64,000 bases of DNA from Octopus sinensis (taxonomy: Eukaryota). The DNA is taken from contig NW_021832281.1 of NCBI RefSeq assembly GCF_006345805.1, forward strand, positions 62,001 to 126,000, in the 5' to 3' direction. The translations under genes were made by a program, and so were the position numbers. Shown one piece after another: positions 13,209 to 27,219 of this stretch. Each line of letters opens with the position of its first letter. Within the stretch, counting starts at the first letter, position 1. The notes under the pieces were generated by a model. It had not been told where the DNA came from. It saw only the letters and a list, made by a program, of their open reading frames with translations, and made no database searches.

Positions 13209-13288
13209 CTCATCATCTGTGTGATCCACCACAGCTTCCACTTCGTATTTTTCATCTTTGTCCCACAGGATCTCACCACTTTCCATCA
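13209..13288 (-). CDS. SUV39H: SUV39H coding exon 2, chromodomain N-half (MESGEILWDKDEKYEVEAVVDHTDDE)
   Basis: Polypyrimidine acceptor ...ttctccag, donor GAG|GTAGGG; 80 nt = 2+78; YEVE chromodomain motif. Confidence 0.9.
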
Positions 13289-13813
13289 CTGGAGAAGAAG
13301 AAAAAAGGGGAAAAAAAATAATCAACAACAACAGACATCACCATCAACACCACAAACACCAACATTGAGGCCAAGAACACCACCAGCTTCGCTGCCATGA
13401 TAATTCGAAAATTGCCAAGTGTACATATATATATATTTCTTTACTACCCACAAGGGGCTAAACACAGAGAGGACAAACAAGGACAGACAAAGGGATTAAG
13501 TCAATTATATCGACCCCAGTGCATAACTGGTACTTAATTTATCGACCTCGAAAGGATGAAAGGCAAAGTCGACCTCAGCGGAATTTGAACTCAGAACGTA
13601 ACGGCAGACGAAATACGGCCACGCATTTCGCTCGGCGTGCTAACGTTTCTGCCAGCTCGCCGCCTTAATATATATATACATATATATGTATGTATGTGGA
13701 TGCATCATGTATATATCAACATTTAGCGCCCGTTTGGACAGGTTGACCAGGACTGATAAGTGGAGGGGCTGCACCAGACTCCAGTCTGATTTGACATGGT
13801 TTCTACAGGTGTA

Positions 13814-13848
<35 letters not shown>

Positions 13849-14151
13849 TTTTCTTTTTGTGACTGACCAGACCATCGGATGTTGTTACACATCGCTGGTC
13901 ACATTGTTCGCATTGTTTTAGCGTTTGAATGACGCCACCCCGCTGGCTAAGCGAGCAGGCCAACAGAAGAAAGAATGGGAGAAAGAGTGGTGAAAGAGTA
14001 CAGCAGGGATCACCACCCCATGCCGGAGCCTCGTGGAGCTTTTTAGGTGTTTTCGCTCAATAAACACTCACAACACCCGGTCTGGGAATCGAAACCGCGA
14101 TCCTGTGACCGCGAGTCCGCTGCCCTAACCACTAGGCCATTGCGCCTCCAC

Positions 14152-14190
<39 letters not shown>

Positions 14191-15932
14191 AAATTTATTA
14201 AGGGTAGAAATTGATGTTAATTAATTAAAACCAGTGGCCCAACATATTAAAAAAATCCGAAGATTAAAATATTTTTTACATACAAAATTTAAAGGACTGA
14301 CCACTAAGAGTGGACGGTCAACATGCTAGATATATAGCGATTTGTATGTAAATATATATATATATATATACCATCATCATTTAACGTCCGCTTTCCATGG
14401 GTTGGATGAATGACTGAGGGATGGCGAACCAGACTCCAATCTGATCTGGCAGAGTGTTTCTACAGCTGGATGCCCTTCCTAACACCAACCACTCAGAGTG
14501 TAGTGGGTGCTTTTACGTGCCACCAGCACAGGGGCCAGTCAGGCAGTACTGGCAACGGCCACGCTCGAATCTTTTTACACATGCCACCGGCACAGGTGCC
14601 AGTAAGGCGACACTGGTAACAATTACGCTCGAATGGTGCCCTTTTACATGCCACACACACACACACATATACCAGTTGAGGACTGGGGGTTCATATAATT
14701 GACTTAGCACCTCCCTCAAATTCCAAGCCTTGTGCCTAGAGTAAAAAGGCATTATTAATTCTGTATTTTAATGAAATAGTCGTTAACAAATGATGAAAAT
14801 TTTACGTAGGAGGATGCGTGGCTGTTGTAATAACCACATGTGAAACTTCATGGCTGCGTGTGTGTGTGTGTGTGTAGGCAACATTATTGCAACACACACA
14901 CACACTCCACCATCACCACTCTTTTCCTGCCCCATCCCTTTTTTTGTGGTTAAAACAATGGCAGAATAGGTAGTGGGGAGGTAGGTGAGAAAGGAGTGGT
15001 CCCTTTCAGCGCCCAACACCACCTCCAACCCCACCACCACATAATTTTTTCATCCTACCTTAACCCTTCCCCTAAACTCTTCCTCTACTCACCCTCTCTC
15101 CCGCCAATAAACATGCAGAGAGTAAGATTCTTTATCAAGTCCACAAGAAGGAATTAGTGAGGCTAGGTGCCCTGGTGCCCTAAACACTCCTTTCCCACTT
15201 CAAGTCCCTTTCAATTTAGTTGATTCTGAAAGAGAGAGAGGAAACAGGAACCAACTTTTTGATTGGTACTTTATAACTATATATAGGCACAGGCAAGGCT
15301 GTGTGGTAAGTAGCTTGGTTACCAACCACATGGTTCCAAGGTTCAGTCCCACTGCGTGGCATCTTGGTCAAGAGTCTTCTATTATAGCCTTGGAGTGAGT
15401 GGATTTGGTAGATGGAAACTGAAAGACGCCTGTCATACATATGTGTGTGTGTGTGTGTGTGTGTTTGTCCCCCTAAGATCGCTTGACAACCAACAGCGGT
15501 GTGTTTATGTCTCTGCAACTTAGCAGTTCGGAAAAAGAGACTGATAGAGTAAGTATTGAGCTTACAAAGAATAAGTCCTGGCGTCAATTTGTTTGACTAA
15601 AGGCGGTGCTACAGAATAAAAGAATATATATATATATGTTTTTGTCCTGTTTTTACCATTATTGTTTTTTGTATTTATATTTGTGTGGCATCGTCCGTTT
15701 TTCTGTCCTTGTTTCGTATACATTCGATCCTTTTTCCAAGAAATCTAATGCTCGTAGCTTAGATTTTCCTTGGGGCTGGCCAGATCTGAGCGATCTCAAG
15801 ATTAATCAGCCGAAATTGCTAGGATGATCCAGTTCTTGACTGAAGATTGAAGGCTTCGAATGTCCCGTCCGTGTTTTTTGTATCGTCTTCTAAATGTTTT
15901 ACGTTCTTGTCCCAGTTTGTATTTTTCTACAC

Positions 15933-15967
<35 letters not shown>

Positions 15968-17255
15968 TCGTTTAATGTCTGCTTTCCATACTAGCATGGG
16001 TTGGACGATTTGACTGAGGTCTGGCGAACCAGACTCCAATCTGATCTGGCAGAGTTTCTACAGCTAGATGCCCTTCCTGTGGCCAACCACTCTGAGAGTG
16101 TAGTGGGTGCTTTTACGTGCAACTAGCATGAGAGGCAGTCAGGCAGTACTGGCAACCGACCATACTAGAATGGTACTTTGTACACGCCACCAGCATCAGC
16201 CATGACTACGATTTCACTTGACTCAACGCACACCATATTGCCCGATGACCGAAGGGTGCTTTTAAACGGGCCAGTTATGTAACACTGGCATCGGCCACAA
16301 TCTCACTTGACTTGCTGGGTCCTCTCAAAGACACTCTAACCACTAAGTCCCACACAAACTGGGTATTCCAGTTGACTTGATCAACAGAACAGTCTCTTAC
16401 TCTTTTACTTGTTTCAGTCATGTGACTGTGGCCATGCTAGAGCATCGCCTTTAGTCGAGCAAATCGACCACAGGACTTATTCTTTGTAAGCCCAGTACTT
16501 ATTCTATCGGTCTCTTTTGCCGAACCGCTAGGTTACGGGGGATCGTAACCACACCAGCATCGGTTGTCAAGCGATGTTGGGGGAACAAACAGACACATAT
16601 ATACATATATACAACGGGCTTCTTTTCAGTTTCCATCTACCAAATCCACTGACAAGGCTTTGGTCGGCCTGAGGCTATAGAAGACACTGGCCCAAGGTGA
16701 TACGCAGTGGGACTGAACCCGGAACCATGTGGTTGGTAAGCAAGCTACTTACCACAGAGCCACTCGACAGGCTTCTTTCAGTTTCCGTTTACCAAATCCA
16801 CTCACAGGCTTTGGTCAGCCCGAGGCTATAATAGAAGACACTTGCCCAAGGTGTTACACAGTGGGACTGAACCCGGAACCATGTGGTTCATTAGCAAGCT
16901 TGGGAAGTTCCTTCACACAAATGTAGGTAGGGTTAAAATCCAAGCTGTGTCCCCTTGAAGCACATCTGCTCATTCCAGCACCCACTTCTCTCTACCACTC
17001 AATTTGTTCTTTACTCTCACCCCCTGACCCCTATCTTTATTATTCCTGACTACTAACTAACCATATATAAACGCTTCATTGTATTATTCGATTCTCTGTC
17101 TGAGAAATTCCTTATATATCTATCCGACATGTACAAACTTTGTAACTCCTATTAGGAAATGAAACATGTGTAATGGTGTATAAATAATATCAATAAATTC
17201 TCCAACTTTCTGTTATGTATGTAGGCATGTATGTATATATGTACATACATATATG

Positions 17256-17559
17256 TGGAGGCGCAATGGCCCAGTGGTTAGGGCAGCGGACTCGCGGTCA
17301 TAGGATCGCGGTTTCGATTCCCAGACCGGGCGTTGTGAGTGTTTATTGAGCGAAAACACCTAAAATCTCCACGAGGCTCCAGCAGGGGATGGTGGTGATC
17401 CCTGTTGTACTCCTTCACCACTCTTTCTCTCACTCTTTCTTCTGTTGGCCTGCTCGCTTAGCCAGCGTGGTTGCCGTCATTCGAAGGCTAAAACAATGCG
17501 AACGCATTGTGACCAGCGATGTGTAACTACATCTGAAGGACTGGTCGGTCACGTGATAT

Positions 17560-17560
<1 letters not shown>
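17256..17560 (+). mobile_element. tRNA-derived SINE family C (head ggaggcgcaatggcccagtggttagggcagcgg), representative copy
   Basis: A/B-box-like head; other copies ~13845-14150(-), 30185-30890(-, two), 44607-44945, 54365-54670, 60776-61160. Confidence 0.85.
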
Positions 17561-17604
<44 letters not shown>

Positions 17605-17944
17605 CAAATAAGAAAATGGAGAACACATTAGTTGGTTCATCAACTTTAGGACATTAAAATGTTGACTTATCAAAACGACAACCATAATAACATACATACA
17701 TTTAGTATATTATTCTATGCATATAAGATAAGAATACAAGCAGTTATTAAAAAACATGAATATAAATTATAAAAATTACTTACAGCTGTTTCAGCCCATA
17801 GATAAAAGTATCTCATTCTGCCTATATTAGTCAAGTGTATTGAGGAGGTAGGCAGTTGAACATGAAGTACATACATATATATCTAGGCCTCGTCAGAGAT
17901 TATAAAGTACAATCATAAAAACATAAAACAAAATACACACACAT

Positions 17945-17982
<38 letters not shown>

Positions 17983-19896
17983 TAGATAGATAGATATAAA
18001 TATACATACACATCCATATCCATGAGTACACTATAATATTCATTTATTACTAATATTATTATAATTATTATTAATATTAGATTACGTGTATTCTGCTATT
18101 CACAATACATAGTATATGAAATATAAAATATAGAATATAATATAATATATAAACAGGGAAGGTTTACAAAAATCAACAAAAGACGAAGGCAGGTGGAGTA
18201 CAAACAAACAAATGTATTAGTATGGCGCTCAGGAATAGAAAAAGTCTTTTAGATTTCGAGCCTATGCTCTTCGACAGAAAGATACACAGAAAAAAACAAG
18301 GAGAGAAAAAAATGCATGTAGTAGCTAACAATCTCTCATGGCGTCTTGATGTTTACGAAAGATGTAAGCATATTAATTTTACAATATCAGTATATCAATA
18401 TTTCATACAGTTAATATGGTTATTTCAATATTATCTCAATATATATATATATATATATATTTGGGGTACTTAGGTCTGCTCAGGACTTAGTGCTTGCTTT
18501 TTCCATGGGTATCAGTAAGTATTTCATTTATGTCTTACGTATTTATCGCTGACGAGGAGAAAATTCTTACGAATTAACTCTGAAATTGGGACCAATATGG
18601 TAATAACGGATTTTTTAGAAATTTCTATCGGCTTGTTTCAAGACGCATATATGGCATTAGAATTTTTCTTTTGCCCTTATTTTATAAGTTATATATATAT
18701 ATATATATATTACATGGTTTCGAGTTCAGTCCCACTGCGTGACACTTTGGGTAGGTGTCTTCCACTATAGCCCCAAGCCGACCGGAGCTTTGTGATTGAA
18801 TTCGGTAGGTAGAAGTTACTGCCGTGTGTGTGTGTGCGTATAGCTGCTCAGTGCCTCTCCGAAAGAGAGAGAGAGGGATATATATATATATATATACGTT
18901 TAAATATTTGTTGTGCAAGATTTTTTATTGGCTAAACTGGCAATATGACCATTCCGAAATATAACATATATATATATGGGTAACACACACAATTTTTACA
19001 GTTGTCACCTACTCTTCCTCCTTCCTATTCTTTATATTTTTCCCTCCCCCCCTTTTCCCTTATTTCTAATAATCTCCCACACTTTCAGCTTTCTTGCTCC
19101 CACTCACTCTATCTTTATCTTTCCAGCTTCACTCCCTCCTGGGCCACTCCCTTTTACCTTCTCATCTGTAACGCAAGGAGACATGTAGCTCCTCTCCAGC
19201 AACAAGCCTGTTCTATTCCGCCCTCTCCACCTACTCTCACACCCAAAACCCTCATCCCTTGACATAATGCCTCCTCCCTGCTTTCTCCTGTAGCGCTCCC
19301 TACTCAGCCAAATAAAACCCTAGGATTGCAGGCTACACTGTGACATCACTAGCACTGATGCATCATCATTCAATATCCCTTTTCAATGCTGGCATATGTT
19401 GGATGGTTTGACAAGGGTCGCACCAGGCCCTGATTGTCTGTTTTCCCAGGGTTCCTTTGCCGGGATGTCCTACGTAATGCCAACCACTTGACAGAGTGTA
19501 CTGCTGGGTGCTTTTAATGCGGTACCAGTACCAGGAAAGTGGTTGGTGCTAGGAAAGGCATCAAGCTATAGAAAACACGCTAAAGCAGACACTGGAGCAC
19601 GATGCTCCCTTCATAGGATCTTGTCAAACCGTGCAACCCATGTCCACCCACATAGAACGTGGGCATTAAATGATGAGACTCTTTTTCTCTCTCTTTTTAC
19701 TCTTTTACTTGTTTCAGTCATTTGACTGCGGCCATGCTGGAGCACCGCCTTTAGTCGAGCAAATCGACCCCGGGACTTATTCTTTGTAAGCCCAGTACTT
19801 ATTCTATCGGTCTCTTTTGCCGAACAGCTAAGTGACGGGGACGTAAACACACCAGCATCGGTTGTCAAGCAATGCTAGGGGGACAAACAGAGACAT

Positions 19897-19937
<41 letters not shown>

Positions 19938-20761
19938 CGACAGGCTTCTTTCACTTTCCATTTACCAAATCCACTCACAAGGCATTGGTCGGCCCGAGGC
20001 TATAGCAGAAGACACTTGCCCAAGATGCCACGCAGTGGGACTGAACCCGGAACCATGTGTTTGGTTAGCAAGCTACTTACCACACAGCCACTCCTGCGCC
20101 AATCATCATCATCTAATGTCTGTTTTCCATGCTGGCATCATCATCATCATCATTTATCGTCCGCTTTCCATGCTAGCATGGGTTGGACGATTTTGACTGA
20201 GGGCTGGCGAGCCAGATGGCTGCACCAGGCTCCAATCTTGATCTGGCAGAGTTTCTACAGCTGGATGCTCTTCTTAACGCCAACCACCCCGAGAGTGTAG
20301 TGGGTGCTTTTTACATGCTACCAGCACAGGGGCCAGTCAGACGGCACTGGCAATGACCTCGCTCGAATGTTTTTACACATGCCACCAGCACAGGTGCTAG
20401 TAAGGCGATGTTGGTAACGATCACACTCGAATGGTACTCTTTTACATGCCACGGGTATGGAAGCCAGTTGGTTGCTCTGGCAATGATCAGGCTCAGGTAG
20501 TGCTCTTGGCACCCTACTAGCACAGGCTTAAGTGCCAGTAAGGCAACGCTGCTAACAATCATACTCGAATAGCCGCTCTGTCAACGATCACACTCGTATG
20601 GTGCTCTATGCACCCCACTAGCACAGATGCCAGTCATCGAATTGAATTTGATTTTGATTTCACTTGTCTCAACAGGTCTTCGCAAGCAGAGTTTAGTGAC
20701 CAAAGAAGGAAAAGGTATGCATAAGCGGGCTGGTTACGCTCCTGGCATAGGCCACAGGTTG

Positions 20762-21299
20762 TCAAATCGCCTTACCACGAAGAGTGTGTTCTCAAGAATG
20801 ATCTCAGCAAAAGCACCAGAATGTATAAAATAAGCAAGACAAATGAAAATATACAAAATAAAACGATTACCTATGTATCATGATTTCATTGTTAACAGGT
20901 CTGCTCAGGACTTAGTGCTTGCTTTTTCCATGGGTATGAGTAAGTATTTCATTTATGTCTTACGTATTTATCGCTGACGAGGAGAAAATTCTTATGAATT
21001 AACTCTGAAATTGGGACCAATATAGTAATAACGAATTTTTTAAAAATTTCTATTGGCTTGTTTCAAGATGCATATTTAGCATTAGAATAATGCAAAATGC
21101 AAATGTCTGCAACTCTTCAGTGTAGTCTGTCACAGAAGAGTTGCAGATATTTGCCTTTTGCAAGTGTTAACAACGAAATCATGATACATAGGTAATCGTT
21201 TTATTTTGTATATTTCCATCTGTCTTGCTTATTTTTACATTCTGGTGCTTTTGCTGAGATCATTCTTGAGAACACACTCTTCGTGGTAAGGCGATTTGA
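20762..21299. mobile_element. Long-TIR foldback element (~135-bp arms)
   Basis: 20762-20897 is the reverse complement of 21165-21299 with few mismatches; inner hairpin at ~21100-21155. Confidence 0.85.
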
Positions 21300-21439
21300 T
21301 GTCTATCTCTAGCATATTAGGAATCTACTTTAGTGGTCATTCCTCTTGTTAATTGTAATATAATTTTTAAATATTTGGATTTTTTAAAATGTGCTAGACC
21401 ACTGGTTTAAATTGATGTTGATTGATAGCAATTTCTAGC

Positions 21440-22450
21440 CCCATTACTTAATTTACATATAGACATAGACAAACATCGATAGACATTGACAAAGATAAAG
21501 AGATAGACACTGACAGAGACAGACATTGAGATAGATATAGAGACAGAAATAGACACAGGCAAGGATAGACAATGAGATAGACACAGACATGGATAGACAT
21601 AGAGACAGAGATAGACACAGAGATAGACATAGAGACAGAGATAGACACAGACAGAGACAGACATTGACAGAGATAGACATAGAGACAGAGATAGACACAG
21701 ACAGAGATAGACATTGAGATAGATATAGACACAGGCAAGGATAGACACAGAGACAGACATAGAGACAGAGATAGACATTGACAGACAATGAGATAGACAC
21801 AGAGACAGACATTGACAGAGATAGACACAGACATTGACAGACAATGAGATAGACACACACATGGATAGACAGAGACAGACATTGACAGAGATAGACAATG
21901 AGATAGACATAGAGACAGACAATGAGATAGACACAGAGACAGACATTGACAGAGATAGACATAGAGACAGAGATAGACACAGACAGAGACAGACAATGAG
22001 ATAGACACAGACATGGATAGACACAGAGACAGACATTGACAGAGATAGACACAGACAGAGACAGACATTGACAGACAATGAGATAGAGACAGAGACAGAC
22101 ATTGACAATGAGATAGACAGACAATGAGATAGACACAGAGACAGACATTGACAGAGATAGACACAGACAGGGATAGACAGACATTGACAGAGATAGACAC
22201 AGATAGATAGAGAATGAGACAGACAGATAGACATAGATATAGAGATAGATATAGACAGAGATAGACAAAGTGATAGACATTGACAGAGAGACACAGACAA
22301 AGATAGACAGATAAACAGAGATAGACACAGACAGATAGACGATAGAGATAGACAAAGATAGATAGAGATACATATAGACATAGATAGGTATAGACATATA
22401 GAGATAGAGACAGACAGACAGAGATAGATAGATAGATAGATAGATAGACA
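21440..22450. repeat. Compound (AGAC/AGAT)n degenerate microsatellite in SUV39H intron 1
   Basis: gacattgacagagatagacacagagacag-like subunits; source of spurious 330-370 aa ORFs. Confidence 0.9.
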
Positions 22451-22525
22451 TTTAGATAGACAGTTTCCAATATGCATACGTAGATATTTAGAAAGAGAAT
22501 GTGAAACAAGGAGGTTCAAACTCAC

Positions 22526-22697
22526 GTCTGTCTAGCAGCTTCGATGCCATCATGGGGCCGACTTTCTTCAGCATCAGATAGACCAAATATCTGTTGGTCT
22601 CCGACGAGAACTTCACGTTCTCTTCTTGGCACATTCTCTGCAGATCCAAAATCCCCGACAGGCAGGGCACCTGCACGTCGTCTTCCTGGCGATGCAT
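22526..22697 (-). CDS. SUV39H: SUV39H histone H3K9 methyltransferase, coding exon 1 (MHRQEDDVQVPCLSGILDLQRMCQEE...LLDR)
   Basis: ATG at 22697 with A at -3; VPCLxxxxDLQxMC resembles the SUV39H2 N-terminus (VPCLVSLDTLQELC); donor C|GTGAGT at 22526, phase 1, joins next exon as CTG. Confidence 0.8.
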
Positions 22698-22737
22698 TCT
22701 CGCCTCCACAACTCTTCCCTTTTCTTGTTTTTCAGGA

Positions 22738-22773
<36 letters not shown>

Positions 22774-22999
22774 TGTTGAATTTAATTAATTGCTAGATTA
22801 AGTGAGGGCCGCAAGGGCCCAAACCCGTCAGGTTTTTATATACCAACCTATTCAAAACATGTATATATACATACACACACGGATGTATTTCTATGTACGA
22901 ATGTATATATGTGTGTATATACGTGTAGGAATGTATTTACTAATGCGTGTTTGTGAGTGTATATATATATGAATACTTATGTGTATGTATGTATAAATA

Positions 23000-23060
23000 T
23001 GTTGAGACGGAGGTTCTTGTTTCGGTGACTTCCGGTGAGGTCTGGAATCGAACTCGAAAC
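23000..23060 (-). promoter_or_regulatory. Candidate SUV39H core promoter region with ETS site
   Basis: ACCGGAAGT (ETS consensus) on minus strand about 330 bp upstream of the ATG; TSS not determinable from sequence. Confidence 0.3.
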
Positions 23061-23719
23061 GTAGATGATGGCAAAACACCGATATTAACAACAGCAGCAA
23101 TAGTAGTGGTGGTAAAAACTAATACTAATTACTACTACTACTACTAATAGTAATTATAGTAATGATGATAAGACTAATGGTGGTTGTTGTTGCTGTTGTT
23201 GTTGTCCCTGGTGGTGTGTGTGTAGACTCCTCGTGGTGTTTTTGGCCTTTGTGAAGAAAAACGGTTTTTTGGTCTCGCGATCAGGTCTGGGATTACGTCT
23301 GATGACGACGATGATAATGATGACGACGACGATTGATGATGATGACGATGGTGATGGTGATGACGATGGTGATGATGACGATGATGATGACGACGATTGG
23401 TGTTAAGTGTTAAGTGATGACGACGGTGGTGGTGGTGGTGGTTAAACGAAAAGCCTGGGACATTCGAGGTCAATTAAGGGCGGCAAAAAGAACACAGTGC
23501 TCGTTCTACTTAATTAATTAATTATTTAATTAATTAACTAATTAATTGACAACGTTGATGAATGACGAAGAAGAAGAAAGACAACGGATGATGTCCAAAG
23601 ATGGTGATGTGTTTTTCTCTCTCTCTCTGATTAAAAGGATTTGGGTTTCGATTCCGCTGGGGGCCAAATTAACGTGGGTTTCAACACCGGGAGGGGTCGT
23701 GTTGGGTCGGTGTTCGACT

Positions 23720-24150
23720 ATGTGACTCGGTGGACTTAGACACTCGCTTCTGTGAGTGTATATGTATCTGTATGCCTCGCTGGACGAGAACTCCCGTTTA
23801 CAAGAGTCCCTATGTGCCTCGGTGGACGTAGACATGCGATTATGTGTCTGTACATCTGTGTAACTCGATGGACTTAAAAACCCGCTTGTTTGTATATTTC
23901 TGTGCCTCGGTGGACTTAGGCGCCTTCTTGTGTCTCAGCGAACTTAGGTGTTTGTGTATCTGTGTGCCTCGGTGGACGTAGACACCAGCTCATATATATG
24001 TGTAGTGCCTCGATGGACGTAGACACCCGCTTGTAAGTGTGTACGTGCCTCGGTGGACGTAGACATCCGCTTTTTAGTGTCTGTTTATCTGTCTCGGTGA
24101 TCTCGGCCACTCGCTTATATACATGTACGCCTCGATAGACGTAGACACTT
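23720..24150. repeat. Degenerate ~40-45 bp period array with conserved core gtgcctcggtggacgtagaca
   Basis: About 11 core copies separated by variable TG/TA-rich spacers. Confidence 0.75.
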
Positions 24151-24734
24151 CCTAGATATGTGCTACACACAACAGCAATATCCGCGTAATTAACAATCCG
24201 TGGTGTTTGGGGAGGGAGAACAAAAAGTCAATTTAAGAGGCAATTAGGTCCGGTTTGGTTAATTAAGATGCGAACAAAATTGTGATGTTGGACACGGCGA
24301 TGGTCCTTTATTATTATTATTATTGTTGTTGTTGTGGGTTGTTATGTTATTGTCCCCTCTTATTTCCCCGAATGACTGGTATCGCTATTGTTGTATAGTG
24401 CAGAAGAGGGGGACAGGTAAAACACTCGGAAAGAATAGGAAACTGACACGCGGCTGGTGTTAATATGTGTGTATATATATATATGTGTGTATGAATGTGT
24501 ATGTATATATATCTCTAGATATGTGTGTGTATATATATATATATGTATGTATATCTCTAGATATGTGTGTGACTATGTATATAACAATAGTTATGTGTGA
24601 CTGTAAGTATGTATATAACTATAGATATCTGTGAATGTATATATATATATATATATATATCTAGATATGTGTGTGACTATGTATATAACAATAGTTATGT
24701 ATGTATGTATGTATATAACTATAGATACGTGTGA

Positions 24735-24770
<36 letters not shown>

Positions 24771-25381
24771 ATAGATATGTGTGTGCCAGTAAAAAGTCTA
24801 TATATCCTCCGTGCGTGTGTATATATTTATATCCTCCATGTGTCCGTGTACATTTCTATAGATCCTCCATGTTGTGGCCGTGGCTCCGTGTAATATGATG
24901 ATCCGAGATCGAATTTCAGGGTAACTGCGAGGAGAGAAAGAAAAGAGAAAAAAATATATAAGATTTCGTTGTTTTTTTCTGAGTAACATAAAAGACAATA
25001 TACGTGTGTCAGTGTGTCCCGAGGTGGGATTTCCTAATCAATATTATTATTATTATTATTAATATGGTCTGCTTTGTTTGCTGGTTCTAATGCTGATAGC
25101 CTTTGTCAAGTCTTTCACAGAGCCATTATACATACATATATATATGTATATATATATGTATGTATATATATATATATATATATGTGTGTGTATGTATGTA
25201 TATATATATATATGTTGAGCAAAATTTAGATTCAGATGAATATGGTACTTAAGTCAAAGGCACCAGAATTTTGTATGGTATTGTCCATATAAATCCACGA
25301 ATATATATATATATATGTATATACAAGCGTGTATATATCTATATACATATGTCTTTATGTATGTGTGTTTCCACGTATATA

Positions 25382-25412
<31 letters not shown>

Positions 25413-25628
25413 GTGTGTGTGTGTGGAATGCATGTGTACATTAATATATACATGTGTATGCGTGTTTGCATATATATATATATATATATTTGCGTGTTTA
25501 TGAATGTGTGTATATATCCATATACATATGTATTTATATATGTGTATATCTACGTATATATGTGTATATATGTATATATAAATTACTGACCGGCTGTATC
25601 TTGTCTCTTCTCCACAACGAAAATGAAG

Positions 25629-25676
<48 letters not shown>

Positions 25677-27219
25677 ATATATATACACGCACCAAAGCAA
25701 TGTCCTGTCCTGTGATGTATTCTCTTTCTCCAACTATTTCTTGGTGTGGTGGCCCGGCTCTCATTCACATCCTAACATAGAAATATATATACATACATAT
25801 ACATATATATATATATCCTTACATCTATATACATACATGCATATATATATATGTGTATATATATCTACACAGCTAAATATATATATATGTATGTATGTAT
25901 ATGTGCAGTACTAGGGGTTCGGTTCCACACGAAATCGCACAGTCGCAAGTGGGAAGCCGGCCGGCGTCAGTGGCTGCGTAAGGGCGCCTGGCTGTGAGTG
26001 CTTCTTCGGCAGGGATCGAACTGGCGCCGTCAGCTTGGCAGGAAGCTGTTGGACACATTCAAATAGTTCGCGGCCATACGCTTCTGCCAACTCGATCCTC
26101 ATTGGTCGAGACGAAACGCACGTGACCAGCAGTAGGCGGGAGAAAAGAAAAAAAGTGGTTCTTCCTTCAATGTGACAAGGGGGAGATCACTCTCACTTTC
26201 TCGCGCGCTCTTTTCCTTCTCCCCTCCCACTCCCTCTCCCTCTCCTACGTTACATCTGCCCCGTTCTCTCACTGCCCCCCTCTCCGTCTCTCTTTTAATT
26301 CCTCTTCCCACTCCTCTATTTTAATTACTTTAGCACTCTATCCCTCCCTCCCTCTTAAGTTCCGATTGTTGTCTCTTACTATCCCTCTCCCCATTTCTCT
26401 CTCTCTCACTTTTATTACCTTTTCTTTCTTTCCCCCTCTCTTCACTAACCTTACTCTTACATATCCCCTTACTCTAAACTCTCTACAACTCCCTTTTCCC
26501 TTCTACTCTCTCTATTACTCCGTCTTCCTCGTTTCCGCACTCCCTCCCTCCCTCTTATTCTTTTACTATATCTCTCCACCTTCCTCCTCCGTTTTAGTCC
26601 CGCTCTTTTTTTCCTCTAACTCTCACCCCTTCACTCAAGCTTACCCTCTTTGTCACTTTTTCTCCTTCTCTCTCTTTGCTTCCTTCCTCCCGCTTACGCT
26701 CTTCCACTCTTACCTTTTCCCTTACACACTCCCTCACTACCTCTCTATCCCTCGCCTTCTCTCCCTGCCACTCACTCTAACCTCTTACTCTTTCTCTCTC
26801 TCTCGGCGAGTGAGAGTCTTCCGGACAAAGCCGGGTTCACTTCCTTTACTTACAAACACGACACGAATGCCAAACCGAGGCTGAAAAACGGTGTCGAAGG
26901 AAAATAGACTAACAATCAAAGTTGTTCCAGCCGCGACCACCCCTGTCTTTTATTTCACACACAGTGTATCTAGGACTACGTGATCTAATCTGTCCTTCCT
27001 TGTTATTGATGTTTAGCCCCGAGTCAGTCCTGATCCAGCAGACTTATGATCAAAGACGTTCCAGCCGCGACCATCCCTGTCTTTTATTCACACAGAGTGT
27101 ATCTAGGACTACGTGATCTAATGTGTCCTTCCTTGTTATTGATGTTTAGCCCCGAGTCAGTCCTGATCCAGCAGACTTATGATCAAAGACGTTCCGGCCG
27201 CGACCATCCCTGTCTTTTA

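Noticed and set aside
17256-17335. tRNA gene at the head of family C (and similar heads in the other SINE families)
   Set aside because: Heads continue into shared SINE bodies in many dispersed copies; no discrete cloverleaf followed by a terminator
21407-22525. Three overlapping 330-370 aa Cys/Ser/Leu/Val-rich ORFs next to SUV39H exon 1
   Set aside because: All three frames are open only because the (TCTG/TCTA)n strand lacks stop codons; it lies downstream of a good GTGAGT donor, so it is intronic
13289-22525. Su(var)3-9/eIF2-gamma shared-exon arrangement known from insects
   Set aside because: No eIF2-gamma-like exons seen; the first exon resembles the stand-alone SUV39H N-terminus
23720-24150. 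CRISPR array interpretation
   Set aside because: Eukaryotic context, degenerate repeats, short low-complexity spacers of uneven length, no cas genes
25911-26102. 63-aa ORF MRIELAEAYGRELF... as a small gene
   Set aside because: No recognisable family, no supported splice context; short ORFs are expected in GC-rich patches
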